Shown here: one piece after another, positions 25,862 through 35,082 of the stretch
Numbering within the stretch: the first letter of the stretch is position 1
How the letters are laid out: each line of letters begins with the position of its first letter
Assembly (NCBI GenBank): GCA_041499375.1
Contig: JBGQKD010000006.1
Location: 43,582 to 107,581, forward strand
Source of the DNA: Gemmatimonadota bacterium
GTDB lineage: Bacteria > Gemmatimonadota > Gemmatimonadetes > Gemmatimonadales > GWC2-71-9
Direction: 5' to 3'
DNA: 64,000 bases
Notes under the pieces: generated by a model
What the model was told of the DNA's origin: nothing
The model's database searches: none
Seen by the model: the letters and a program-made list of their open reading frames with translations, nothing else
Made by a program: the position numbers and the translations under genes

Positions 25862-26418
25862 GGCGTTCCAATATGCTGTGCGTTTCGTTCCCACCGCCAG
25901 ACCGGACCGTCCTCGGGATCGACGACCGGACCGACGTGCGCGAAGCCACATTTCGCAAGCACGCGCGTGGAGGCATTCGCCTCGGGCAGCGTATGCGCCC
26001 GGATGGTCTTCACGCGCGGATCGTTGCCGGCGAAGTGAATCAGCGCGCGCGCGGCCTCGGTCGCGTATCCCCGGCCTTCGCGAGACGGCACGACACCGTA
26101 GGCGATCTCCACCATTCCTGCGCCATCGGGCGCGCCTTTGAATCCCGCCCCGCCGACGATCTCGCCGCTCGCCTTCTCGATGATGAAAAAACCGTGACGC
26201 CAGGGGTTCGGTCCCTGCCCCACCGCCGCGCGGAGCGCCTCGAGCCACTGCGGGGACACGTCGCCCGAAACGTAGAACCCCCGCAGTCCATCCGCGGGGG
26301 TGAGGGCGGCGATCTCCTCGAAGCGCTCCGGCTCCTCGATCAGCGCCAGCAGCTGCTCCGGTGCGTACGCGAGCAGCGTCAGCCGCGGCGTGTCGAGCTC
26401 GGTTCGCTCACGTGGCAT
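25858..26418 (-). CDS. GNAT-family N-acetyltransferase
   Basis: ORF track 186 aa. RimJ/RimL-like: DTPRLTLL, GGAGFKG, VEIAYGVVPSREGRGYATEAARALI, ANASTRVLAKCGF. Confidence 0.85.
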   Translation of the reverse strand: MPRERTELDTPRLTLLAYAPEQLLALIEEPERFEEIAALTPADGLRGFYVSGDVSPQWLEALRAAVGQGPNPWRHGFFIIEKASGEIVGGAGFKGAPDGAGMVEIAYGVVPSREGRGYATEAARALIHFAGNDPRVKTIRAHTLPEANASTRVLAKCGFAHVGPVVDPEDGPVWRWERNAQHIGTP

Positions 26419-26935
26419 CGAAGCCGGCGTATTCTCCCGGTTGAATGACGTTGCCCTTGTACTGCTGATCGTCGTGAATGCCGATCTTCGACGTGTAGTA
26501 GGCGCGAATCGTGCCGCTCTTGATCACCCCGAAGAACTTTTCGGCGTCGCTCTTCGCATCGGACTCGGCGGCGGCAATGCGCGTCAGGAGCGCGAGCCGC
26601 TGCTCGAGCGTTGATGCCATGAATGTCTTGCCATGCATCTCGCGCGACAGCGCCTCGACCGCCTTGATCCCCGCGCGCCACCGCTCCGGCTGGTCCTTCT
26701 CGAACGATTCGGCGAGCCGCGCGTCGATGAAGGTGGCCACGCCGGCCGCGCGCGCGCCCGCCGATTGTTGGTCGGTCGGGATGATCATGTCGCTCATCTC
26801 GTCCACCAGCGCGAATTCGGCGGCCGTAAAGAACTTTGGCGGCACAGGCGCCAGGGGCGGCAGGGCTCTTACCAGGGGCAGAGCGGCTGCTGCCGCCGCC
26901 GTCTGCTGGAGCATCTTGCGACGCGAGATCTTCAT
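26408..26935 (-). CDS. gluconate 2-dehydrogenase subunit 3-family protein (Tat-signal small subunit)
   Basis: ORF track 175 aa. MKISRRKMLQQTAAAAAALPL. ATGA overlap with the GMC gene stop (26932-26935). Confidence 0.82.
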   Translation of the reverse strand: MKISRRKMLQQTAAAAAALPLVRALPPLAPVPPKFFTAAEFALVDEMSDMIIPTDQQSAGARAAGVATFIDARLAESFEKDQPERWRAGIKAVEALSREMHGKTFMASTLEQRLALLTRIAAAESDAKSDAEKFFGVIKSGTIRAYYTSKIGIHDDQQYKGNVIQPGEYAGFDAT

Positions 26936-28722
26936 AGGTTCCCCCGCTTGAATTCGTCGGCGAGATGCTCACAGGAGCGCCACGCCAGCGCCATGATCGT
27001 CCACGTGGGGTTCTGGCACGACGCGCTCACGTGACTCGAGCCGTCCACCACGAAGAGATTCTTCACGTCGTGCGACTGCTGGAACTGATTCAGCACCGAT
27101 GTCTTGGGATCGTTGCCCATGCGGGCCGTGCCAAGCTCGTGAATCGACCAGCCTTCGGTGAGGATGTTCTTGTCGACGCCGACGACTTCGATGCCCGCCG
27201 CTTCGAGCATCTCCTTGCCGGCGTTCGCCATGTCCTCGCACATCTTTTTCTCGTTGTCCGAGAACTCGTAATGGAAGCGCAACGCCGGGATCCCCCAGGC
27301 GTCCTTCTCCACGGGGTCGAGGTCCACGTAGTTCTCGTAGCGGGCGAGCACTTCGCCGAAGCCGCCCATACTGATGAAGGCGCCCGCGTGCTCGCGCACC
27401 GATTTCTTGAACTGCCCGCCGAATCCCGGCGTGCCCCAGGCGTTGTCGGGGAAGAGCCCGAAGCCGGAGCCACCTTCGAAGCCGTAGCCGCGGATGAACC
27501 CGGGCTGCTTGTCCTGCAGGTTCCGGAACCGCGGCACGTAGAACCCGCCCGGCTTGCCGTCATCCAACGTGGGGGGCGCGCCTACCATCTCCTTCACGAG
27601 TCCCGTGACGCCCGGCCCCATCACGTGCTCGCAGAAGTTGTGGCCGACATGGCCGCTCGAATTGCCGATGCCGTTGGGATGCTGCCGTGATTTCGACAAC
27701 AACAACAATCTGGCACTCTCCAGCGTCGACGCCGCCACGATGACGACCTTAGCCTTTGCTTCGTACGTCTTGTGATTCACCGAATCGACGAATGAGACCC
27801 CGCGCGCTTTGCCTGTGTTCGGGTCCACGAGCACTTCATGCGCAGTCGAATTCGTGCGCAGCGTGAGATTGCCCGTGTCCATCGCGGGATAGATCAGCCC
27901 CGTGGGAGAATCGAACGCGGCGTGGATGTCGCATCCGCCCGGCCGCCGGCCGCACGCGCCGCGGCCGAAACACTTGCTGCGATACTTGTTCTTCACGCCG
28001 TCCGTCGTCACGCCCGCGCGGTACGGCGTCACGGTGCGGCCCATCGTCGCGAGACTCTTGCGGAGCTTCACTTCAGAAGCCGTCAGCTTGTTGGGCCGCT
28101 GGAACAGACTGTCCGGCAGATGCGGCAGATTCTCCTTGTGGCCGCTGATGCCGAGGTAGAGATCGACCTTGTCGTAGTAGGGTTCGATATCGGCGTAGGA
28201 GATGGGCCAGTCCTCACCGTAGCCGTCGTGCGTCTTTCCCTTGAAGTCGTAATCGGAGAGCCGCAACGCGAGGCGGCCCCAGATGTTCGTCTTGCCGCCC
28301 AGCAACCGCGCGCGCACCCAGGCGTACTTCGTGCCCGTATACGGATTATCCTTCTCATCCACCAGAATGTTCTTCACGTAATCCGATCCGCCCCAGCCGC
28401 CGACGTAGGAGAACACGTGCTTGAACGCGGAGCCCTTCGCGTAGGGCGGCTTGCGGATGTTGTACTCGTTGAAGCGAATCGCATGGTATCCCGGCGGCGC
28501 CTCGCCGCGGCGGGGGTGCTCGTAGGGCCATTGCATCGAGCGCAGCTCAGCATTGATGTCGATCTTTTTGCCCGCCTCGAGCAGCAGCACCTTCATCCCC
28601 TGGGAGGTGAGCACGTGGGCAGCCATGCCGCCCGCCGCGCCGGAGCCGACCACCACGGCGTCGTAGGTGACGGACAGGTCGACGTCCTGCTCCTGCGAGG
28701 CTTTGAAGCGAATGAGAGTCAT
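26932..28722 (-). CDS. GMC-family FAD-dependent oxidoreductase
   Basis: Tracked ORF 26932..28758 trimmed to ATG 28722 (RBS AAGGAAGAG). YDAVVVGSGAAGGMAAHVL dinucleotide fold. C-terminal SIHELGTARMG and NLFVVDGS. Confidence 0.9.
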   Translation of the reverse strand: MTLIRFKASQEQDVDLSVTYDAVVVGSGAAGGMAAHVLTSQGMKVLLLEAGKKIDINAELRSMQWPYEHPRRGEAPPGYHAIRFNEYNIRKPPYAKGSAFKHVFSYVGGWGGSDYVKNILVDEKDNPYTGTKYAWVRARLLGGKTNIWGRLALRLSDYDFKGKTHDGYGEDWPISYADIEPYYDKVDLYLGISGHKENLPHLPDSLFQRPNKLTASEVKLRKSLATMGRTVTPYRAGVTTDGVKNKYRSKCFGRGACGRRPGGCDIHAAFDSPTGLIYPAMDTGNLTLRTNSTAHEVLVDPNTGKARGVSFVDSVNHKTYEAKAKVVIVAASTLESARLLLLSKSRQHPNGIGNSSGHVGHNFCEHVMGPGVTGLVKEMVGAPPTLDDGKPGGFYVPRFRNLQDKQPGFIRGYGFEGGSGFGLFPDNAWGTPGFGGQFKKSVREHAGAFISMGGFGEVLARYENYVDLDPVEKDAWGIPALRFHYEFSDNEKKMCEDMANAGKEMLEAAGIEVVGVDKNILTEGWSIHELGTARMGNDPKTSVLNQFQQSHDVKNLFVVDGSSHVSASCQNPTWTIMALAWRSCEHLADEFKRGNL

Positions 28723-28800
28723 CTTCTCTTCCTTAGTGTTGCGGACCGCCGCTAACATGCACCGCGAACACGGTGCTGTCTGCTTGCCAAGTTGGAACGT

Positions 28801-29544
28801 TCACGGGATGCGCTCCAGCAGCGCGACCAGCTCGGCGCGGTGGTTGCGCTCCGGCAGGTGATCGGAAACCATCTTGTAAACAGGCCAACCACGCACCGCG
28901 GCGCGATCGGCGAACGGTTGGAAGGGGTCGGGGGTGATCTGCGGCTCATAGGTCAGAATGTACGCCGCGGCCACAGTGCGCCGAGCAGGATTCACGAGAC
29001 GCAGGGTATCGGTGAACGTGCGAAGTGATTGCGGCACGTCGCGGGGAATCACCGTCGTGTCCTGCACCCAGACGGGCACCAGGTAGCCGTCACGCGTCAC
29101 ACTCTGCACGAACTTCTGGCGCGCGGTGTCCGGTATCGACATCACCGATTCTCCCGAATCGGGCAGCAGCGCGTCGAGGTACACGACGCGCTTGATCCGG
29201 CCCGGAATCCGGTCCACGACCCCTGTGATCACCATCCCGCCATAGCTGTGCCCCAGCAGCACGACGTCGTGCAGGTTATCCCAGAGAATCGTGTTGACGA
29301 CGTCGTCGATGTGCGTGGCGAGGCCGATATTCGGCGACGCGAGATGGTGGCGCTCGCCCAACCCCGTCAACGTGACCCGCACGACGCGATGGCCGTGGCG
29401 CGTCAACATCGAATCGATCGCGAGCCAATCCCATCCCCCGCCCCACGCACCGTGTACGATGACATAGGTGTAGTGCGGTCTTTGCTGTGCGGAGAGGGAG
29501 GCGCCGGTAATTGCCGCGGCAACGACCAGCGCCGTGAGCCGCAT
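28801..29544 (-). CDS. alpha/beta hydrolase (esterase), secreted
   Basis: C-terminal 247 aa of tracked ORF 28801..30633. Start ATG 29544 overlaps the upstream TGA by 1 nt. Signal MRLTALVVAAAITGASLSA. VIVHGAWGGGWDW and nucleophile elbow GHSYGG. Confidence 0.8.
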   Translation of the reverse strand: MRLTALVVAAAITGASLSAQQRPHYTYVIVHGAWGGGWDWLAIDSMLTRHGHRVVRVTLTGLGERHHLASPNIGLATHIDDVVNTILWDNLHDVVLLGHSYGGMVITGVVDRIPGRIKRVVYLDALLPDSGESVMSIPDTARQKFVQSVTRDGYLVPVWVQDTTVIPRDVPQSLRTFTDTLRLVNPARRTVAAAYILTYEPQITPDPFQPFADRAAVRGWPVYKMVSDHLPERNHRAELVALLERIP

Positions 29545-30401
29545 CAGAACTCGAGGCCGTGCAGATACTCGAAGTTCGCGCGCGCGTCCGCGAGGTCGCC
29601 GGCCGCGTCGCTCGCGCTTTCCTGCTCGACGTGCGCAGGCTTCTGCTCCAACGCAGGCACGGCGGCCAGGAACTTCCTGAAATCGAAGATCCCCTTCCCG
29701 AGCCCCGTGTCGCGAGAACGGTCGGCCACCGCGTCCTTGAGGTGGAAGCTCCAGAAGCGGTCGGGATACTTCTGCAGATACTGCATCGGGTCGCCGCCGC
29801 CGATCAGCATGTTCCCGACGTCGAGCTGCAGCCGAGTGACGGAGGGATCGAGGCGACTGATGAAAACGTCGAAGGGGATCTGGCCGTCGATCGGCTTCTG
29901 GTGATAGGCCTCGTTGTGGAACCCGAGCCAGATGCCCGCCTTGCGGGCGACCGCGCCGGCGGCATTGAAGCGATCCGCCCATTCCCGCCAGTCGTCGAGC
30001 GTCTGCTTGGTCCAGTCCTCGAAATCGGGCACGAAGCAGTACTGCTGGCCGAGGATCTTGGCCTTCTCGAGGCTGCGCTCCCAGCCGACGAAGATCGTGT
30101 CGGCGGACATGTGGCACGACGGCGCGCGCAGCCCCTCGTTCTTGAGCGTCGCCGCGACCTGCTGCGGCGTGCGCCCGAAGAGATTGAACGACCAGAGCAG
30201 CTCGACGTCGGTGTAGCCGATGGCGCGCACCGCTGCGAGCGTGCGCTCGGGATCCTGCGCCATCGCGTGACGGACCGCGTAGGTCTCGAGCCCGATGCGG
30301 TCGAGTTTTTTCGCGGATCCAACGGGAACGCGCGCGAGCATGCCACCCGCGGCCGCCGCGCTCATCGTCTGAAGAAAGTCGCGTCGTTTCATGCCTTCCA
30401 A
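29544..30401 (-). CDS. xylose-isomerase-like TIM-barrel protein with Tat signal
   Basis: ORF track 285 aa. MKRRDFLQTMSAAAAGGMLA. GYTDVELL, LGFHNE, LQLDVGN, FHLKD blocks. Confidence 0.85.
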   Translation of the reverse strand: MEGMKRRDFLQTMSAAAAGGMLARVPVGSAKKLDRIGLETYAVRHAMAQDPERTLAAVRAIGYTDVELLWSFNLFGRTPQQVAATLKNEGLRAPSCHMSADTIFVGWERSLEKAKILGQQYCFVPDFEDWTKQTLDDWREWADRFNAAGAVARKAGIWLGFHNEAYHQKPIDGQIPFDVFISRLDPSVTRLQLDVGNMLIGGGDPMQYLQKYPDRFWSFHLKDAVADRSRDTGLGKGIFDFRKFLAAVPALEQKPAHVEQESASDAAGDLADARANFEYLHGLEF

Positions 30402-30444
30402 AATACTCGTCGCCGAACGACTCGGCGAGCGATATCATTCGCGC

Positions 30445-32073
30445 ATGAACACACTCATTGCGCTCGTCGCCCTCGCCGCTGCGCACCCCCTTCAGGACAC
30501 GACCCTCCCGGTCATTCCGCGGCCGGTGCATATGATCCGCGGGACCGGGGGGTTCGCGCTCACGTCCGGAACCCTCATCGTGACTGATCGCGCCACGCGA
30601 CAGATCGGGTATCAGCTCGCCGACTGGCTGCAACCGGCGACCGGCTATCGGCTATCGGTCGCCGGCGCCGCGGGCGGTGCAACGCGCAGCATCTCGCTCC
30701 GGCTGGATGCGACGCTCTCACGCCTCGGCGACGAGGGTTACAGGCTATCCGTGACTCCCGGCCGCATCACGATTCGGGCATTTCGTCCGGCCGGCGCGTT
30801 CTACGCCGTCGAGACGCTGCGGCAGCTGTTGCCACCGGACGTCTTCCGCTCGGCGCCCGTGTCCGGCGCGTCGTGGACGGTGCCTGCGGTCGACATCGAA
30901 GACATGCCGCGCTTCCAATGGCGCGGCGCGCATCTCGACGTGTCGCGCTCGTTCATGCCGAAGGAATTCGTCAAGAAGTACATCGACCTCCTGGCGCTCC
31001 ATAAGCTGAATCGGTTCCACTGGCACCTCACCGACGATCAGGGTTGGCGCATCGAGATCAAGAAGTATCCGCTGCTTACGTCGATCGGTGGCTGGCGACG
31101 CCAGTCGCTCGTCGGCGTGCAGCACAACTATGCCGATACGACCCAGTGGGTCTACGACAAGATTCCGCACGGCGGGTTCTACACGCAGGACGACGTCCGT
31201 GAAGTCGTCGCGTATGCGCAAGCGCGCTTCATTACCGTCGTCCCTGAAATCGAGATGCCCGGCCACGCGCAGGCCGCGATCGCCGCCTACCCCTGGCTCG
31301 GCAACACGGAGCAGCAGCTCGAGGTCCTCACGCACTGGGGCGTGGATCAGAACATTCTCAACCCGTCCGACTCGGCGATTCACTTCATGCAGGACGTGTT
31401 GACCGAGGTGCTGGCGCTGTTCCCGAGTCACTGGATCCACACCGGCGGCGACGAAGCGCCGAAGCAGCAGTGGCAGGCGAGTCCGGTCGCGCAGGAGCGC
31501 ATCAGGCAGCTGGGACTGCATAGTGAGAACGAGCTGCAGAGCTGGCTCACTGCGCAGATGAGCCAATGGCTCGCCGCGCGCGGGCGCGCGTTGATCGGCT
31601 GGGACGAGATCCTCGAAGGCGGGATGGAAGGGCTCGCGCCGAACGCGGTCGTGATGTCGTGGCGCGGGATCGACGGCGGCATCGCGGCGGCGCAGGCGGG
31701 CCACGACGTCGTCATGACGCCGACGTCGAACACCTATTTCGACTACTACCAGTCGCAGAACGTGGCCGCCGAGCCGCTGGCGATCGGTGGATTGCTGCCG
31801 CTGGATACGGTGTACGCCTACGAGCCCGTTCCCGCTGCGCTGACGGCCGAGCAGGGCGCGCACGTCCTGGGCACCCAGGGGCAGATCTGGACCGAGTACC
31901 AGCGCACGCCCAAAAACGTCGAGTACATGGTGTTTCCGCGACTGGTGGCGCTGGCCGAGGTGGCGTGGACGCCGGCGGGGTTGAAGAACTATGCGGACTT
32001 CAGCGCGCGGCTGCGCGCGCATCTGGCGAGGCTAGACGTCCTGGATGTGAACTACCGAAGGCTCAACTACTGA
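30445..32073 (+). CDS. beta-N-acetylhexosaminidase (GH20)
   Basis: Tracked ORF 30391..32073 trimmed to ATG 30445 (signal MNTLIALVALAAA). RFQWRGAHLDVSRSF, LNRFHWHLTDDQGWRIE, catalytic IHTGGDEAP. Confidence 0.9.
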   Translation: MNTLIALVALAAAHPLQDTTLPVIPRPVHMIRGTGGFALTSGTLIVTDRATRQIGYQLADWLQPATGYRLSVAGAAGGATRSISLRLDATLSRLGDEGYRLSVTPGRITIRAFRPAGAFYAVETLRQLLPPDVFRSAPVSGASWTVPAVDIEDMPRFQWRGAHLDVSRSFMPKEFVKKYIDLLALHKLNRFHWHLTDDQGWRIEIKKYPLLTSIGGWRRQSLVGVQHNYADTTQWVYDKIPHGGFYTQDDVREVVAYAQARFITVVPEIEMPGHAQAAIAAYPWLGNTEQQLEVLTHWGVDQNILNPSDSAIHFMQDVLTEVLALFPSHWIHTGGDEAPKQQWQASPVAQERIRQLGLHSENELQSWLTAQMSQWLAARGRALIGWDEILEGGMEGLAPNAVVMSWRGIDGGIAAAQAGHDVVMTPTSNTYFDYYQSQNVAAEPLAIGGLLPLDTVYAYEPVPAALTAEQGAHVLGTQGQIWTEYQRTPKNVEYMVFPRLVALAEVAWTPAGLKNYADFSARLRAHLARLDVLDVNYRRLNY

Positions 32074-32924
32074 AGTCGATAGACGCGCACGTAGTCGACG
32101 AGCATCGTCGCTGGGAAAATCGCGTCTGACGCCGGATTCTGGTCGAAGTTTCCGCCAACGGCGAGATTCAGGATCACAAAAAACGACTGATCGAACACCC
32201 AGCTGCCGTACTGCCCGACGTTCGCTCGCGTCACGATATAGTGCTGGTTGCCGTCGACGAAGTAACGGATCGACTGGCCGTCCCATTCGACGGCATAGAT
32301 GTGGTAGTCGCCGCTCGTGATCGGTCCGTAGCCGTGCGCGAAGGGTGTGTTGCCGGAATATCCGGGGCCGTGCACGGCTGAGCTGGTAGTCGTCGGCTGG
32401 CTCCCCTTGTTCTCCATGATGTCCAGCTCACCGCACGTGGGCCAACCGACGGTGCCGATGTTGTTGCCGAGCAGCCAGAACGCGGGCCACAATCCCTGCC
32501 CGATAGGGAGCTTGATGCGCGCTTCGACTCGGCCCGGGACGACCGGCATCTTGCCGTTGGTCGTGATCTTGGCGGACTTATAGTGACACGTTCCGTAGTA
32601 GCACGGGATGGTGTCGGTCGCGACGCGGGCGGTGATCTCGAGCTGGCCTAGCCCATTCTGTTTGATGTTGGCGGTATCCGCAGTGTAAAACTCCCGCTCG
32701 TTGTTGCCCCAGCCGCACACGCCCGGGCAGCCGTCGCCCGTGTCGTAGCGCCACCGCGTGCTATCGACGCGCGCGCCGGCCTGTCCCTCGAATTCGTCGC
32801 TCCACACCTGCACCCACACGGGCGGTGGAGGTGGAGGTCCCGGCGGCGGCGGCGGTGGAGGAGGAGACACGGCACCGGACGCGCATGCTCCAACTACAAC
32901 GACGTAGAATGAGAGTCGTCCCAT
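32067..32924 (-). CDS. GH16 beta-glucanase-type glycoside hydrolase, lipoprotein with poly-proline linker
   Basis: The tracked ORF starts at TTG 32960. ATG 32924 gives the lipobox MGRLSFYVVVVGAC. Linker PPPPPPPPGPPPPPP. WSDEFEG and catalytic GELDIMEN. Confidence 0.88.
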   Translation of the reverse strand: MGRLSFYVVVVGACASGAVSPPPPPPPPGPPPPPPVWVQVWSDEFEGQAGARVDSTRWRYDTGDGCPGVCGWGNNEREFYTADTANIKQNGLGQLEITARVATDTIPCYYGTCHYKSAKITTNGKMPVVPGRVEARIKLPIGQGLWPAFWLLGNNIGTVGWPTCGELDIMENKGSQPTTTSSAVHGPGYSGNTPFAHGYGPITSGDYHIYAVEWDGQSIRYFVDGNQHYIVTRANVGQYGSWVFDQSFFVILNLAVGGNFDQNPASDAIFPATMLVDYVRVYRLQ

Positions 32925-32972
32925 TAACGTCCTCGAATTGAGAACCGTCAAGCCTAACAAGGTCGTAATGGC

Positions 32973-33713
32973 CTACAGCCGCGCCGCACGACGCCAGTGC
33001 TCCGCGATGACCGCATGTCCTGCGGGTGTCGGATGGACGCCGTCGGCAGCCCAGTACTCTGGAGGCGCCGTGCGGGCCCGTTGATTGAAGATCGATTGCA
33101 GCGGCACGAAGGTCGCGCGAGCCTGCGTCGCGACGCGAGCCGCGGCGGCGCGACGCTGATCGAATTCGGGGAACCAGCGCGCGTCCACCGCCCCCGTCCG
33201 CAGCACGAACGGCTCGAGCACGATCAGATGCACGCGCGGCAGAGCGCTGCGCGTCTCGGCCAGCAAGGCCGTGTACTGCTGCTCGTAGTCCTGGACGGTG
33301 CCGTTGTAACCGTGGTCCAGCTTGTGCCAAAAATCGTTGACGCCGATCAGGATGCTGAGCACGTCCGGGTGCAGATTGACCGTGTCGGCGGTCCACCGCT
33401 GCTGCAGGTCGGGCACCTTGTTGCCGCTGATGCCGCGATTAAAGAAGCGCAGCCCGCTCGCCGGCCGCGCCGCAAGGACCGCGGACGCAACGAGCAGCGG
33501 ATACCCGCTCCCGAGCGCACCCGCGGCGTTCGGCTCCGCGGAATCGCGATTGCGGCCGGCGTCGGTGATCGAATCCCCCTGAAACACGACCACCGAGCCT
33601 TTCGCTACCGCGGCTTGTGCCGGAGTCGTGATCGCGCCGATGGGGAGCGGTGAGGCCGCTGCCATCGTCGCCGTTGCCGCGAGAAAATCGCGGCGGCTGA
33701 TATCGTTCGTCAT
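32973..33713 (-). CDS. SGNH/GDSL hydrolase with Tat signal
   Basis: C-terminal 246 aa of tracked ORF 32973..34904. Start ATG 33713 (ATGA overlap with the permease stop). ISRRDFLAATATMAAAS. VVFQGDSITDAGR, GISGN, IGVNDF, DGVHPT. Confidence 0.85.
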   Translation of the reverse strand: MTNDISRRDFLAATATMAAASPLPIGAITTPAQAAVAKGSVVVFQGDSITDAGRNRDSAEPNAAGALGSGYPLLVASAVLAARPASGLRFFNRGISGNKVPDLQQRWTADTVNLHPDVLSILIGVNDFWHKLDHGYNGTVQDYEQQYTALLAETRSALPRVHLIVLEPFVLRTGAVDARWFPEFDQRRAAAARVATQARATFVPLQSIFNQRARTAPPEYWAADGVHPTPAGHAVIAEHWRRAARL

Positions 33714-35056
33714 GTCACCTCCGCGAACGGCCAGGTGCGAGACTTCCACGACCACACCCCAAAGCACAGCACACCCAACAGCAGTGCGCCGATTCCGAAC
33801 GCAATCACGAGCTTCGGCGTCGTCGCAAAGATGAAGATCCAGCCGAGGAGCGCAACCAGACTGGGGAGCGGATAGAGCCACATCCGATACGGCCGCGGCA
33901 TATCGGGCGCCCGCCGCCGCAGCAGCGTCACCGCGCCGATCTGCCCGATGAACTGCACGAGAATCCGCGTTGTGAGCAGCGCGTCGATCACCATGCCGAG
34001 CGATACGAACCCCGCGACGATCGACAGCACGCCGAGCACCACCAGCGAGACGTAGGGGAAGCCCTGAGACGGGTGCAGCCGCGCAAACACCTTGAAGAAG
34101 TAGCCGTCTCGCGCCGCCGCGTAGGGCACGCGTGAGTATCCGAGGAGCAGCGCGAAGACCGATCCGAACGCCGTCCACAGGATCATCGCCGTGAGAATCG
34201 TGGCGACGCCGGAGCCGTAAATCCGCTCCATGAAGATCGAGACCACGAAGTCCGACTGCGGGTGTGATTCGACGGGGACGAACTCGCGCCACGGCACGAC
34301 GCCGATGATCGAGAAGTTGATCGCGACGTAGATCAGCGCCACCGCGATCGTGCTGATCAGAATCGACCGCGGGATGACTCGCCCCGGATTCTCCACTTCG
34401 TCGCCGATGTAGCAGACGTCGTAGTAGCCGAGGTAGTCGTACGCGCCCACGCGGGACGCGGTGCCGAGGCCGAGCAGGAAGCCGAGCGAGAAGTTGAAGG
34501 CGCCGGGCGGGAAGTCGAAGGCAATCTTGGCGTCGAAGTGCATCGCCCCGGTCGCGATCACGACGACGACCGTCACGATCGTGCCGATCCAGAGCGCGAC
34601 CGTAATCGCCGCGATCGACTTGATCCGGCGGTAGAGCAGCGCGAGGTTGACGAGGCCGATGATCGTGATCACGAGCATCGTCTGGCCCGGCGTGATTCCC
34701 TTCCAGATGTAGCCGAGGTAGTGCGAGAAACCGATGTACCCGGACGCGATCTCGAGAGGCCCGCTCAGCACGAACTGCCACACAAAGAGAAAGCCCATCA
34801 GGCGGCCGAACTTCTCCGCGCCGTAGCCCTGGCGCAGGTAGCCGAACGAGCCGCCCGAGCCCGGCATCGCGGCGCCGAGCTCGCTCCAGACCGTGCTGTC
34901 GCATAAGACGGTGATCAACGCGACCACCCAGCCGAGCATCGCCTGAGGGCCGCCCATCGCCGACATGAGCAGCGGGATCGTGATGAACGGCCCGATCCCG
35001 ATCATGTTCGTCATGTTGAGCGCCGTGGCGTGCAGCAATCCGAAGCGCCGCGCCAT
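33710..35056 (-). CDS. APC-family amino acid permease
   Basis: Tracked ORF 33710..35200 trimmed to ATG 35056 (MARRFGLLHATALNMTNMIGIGPFITIP). About 12 TM helices. Confidence 0.88.
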   Translation of the reverse strand: MARRFGLLHATALNMTNMIGIGPFITIPLLMSAMGGPQAMLGWVVALITVLCDSTVWSELGAAMPGSGGSFGYLRQGYGAEKFGRLMGFLFVWQFVLSGPLEIASGYIGFSHYLGYIWKGITPGQTMLVITIIGLVNLALLYRRIKSIAAITVALWIGTIVTVVVVIATGAMHFDAKIAFDFPPGAFNFSLGFLLGLGTASRVGAYDYLGYYDVCYIGDEVENPGRVIPRSILISTIAVALIYVAINFSIIGVVPWREFVPVESHPQSDFVVSIFMERIYGSGVATILTAMILWTAFGSVFALLLGYSRVPYAAARDGYFFKVFARLHPSQGFPYVSLVVLGVLSIVAGFVSLGMVIDALLTTRILVQFIGQIGAVTLLRRRAPDMPRPYRMWLYPLPSLVALLGWIFIFATTPKLVIAFGIGALLLGVLCFGVWSWKSRTWPFAEVT

Positions 35057-35082
35057 GGGCGCCGAGTTCGAGGTTGGTGAGG

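Noticed and set aside
28759-28776. Hairpin GCACCG-CGAACA-CGGTGC in the 78-nt spacer between the esterase and GMC genes, considered as an intrinsic terminator.
   Set aside because: The stem has only 6 bp and no U-tract follows on the transcribed (minus) strand. It cannot be distinguished from chance in GC-rich DNA.
28801-30633. Chimeric over-extended ORFs in the track: 28801..30633 (610 aa), 32973..34904 (643 aa), 45904..47805 (633 aa), 35083..36462, 11413..12441, 11772..12482, 10084..10872, 1881..2822 and 2417..3334.
   Set aside because: Only the C-terminal parts look like proteins. The N-terminal parts are out-of-frame read-through of the upstream gene. Each has an internal ATG/GTG that overlaps the upstream stop, and I used that as the start.
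32821-32870. GGC/GGT/GGA-rich DNA repeat, considered as a tandem repeat or variable region.
   Set aside because: It is simply the coding sequence of the poly-proline linker (PPPPPPPPGPPPPPP) between the lipobox and the GH16 domain. The CTCCACC-type repeats at 17801-17870 similarly encode the S/T/P linker of the 1102-aa protein.
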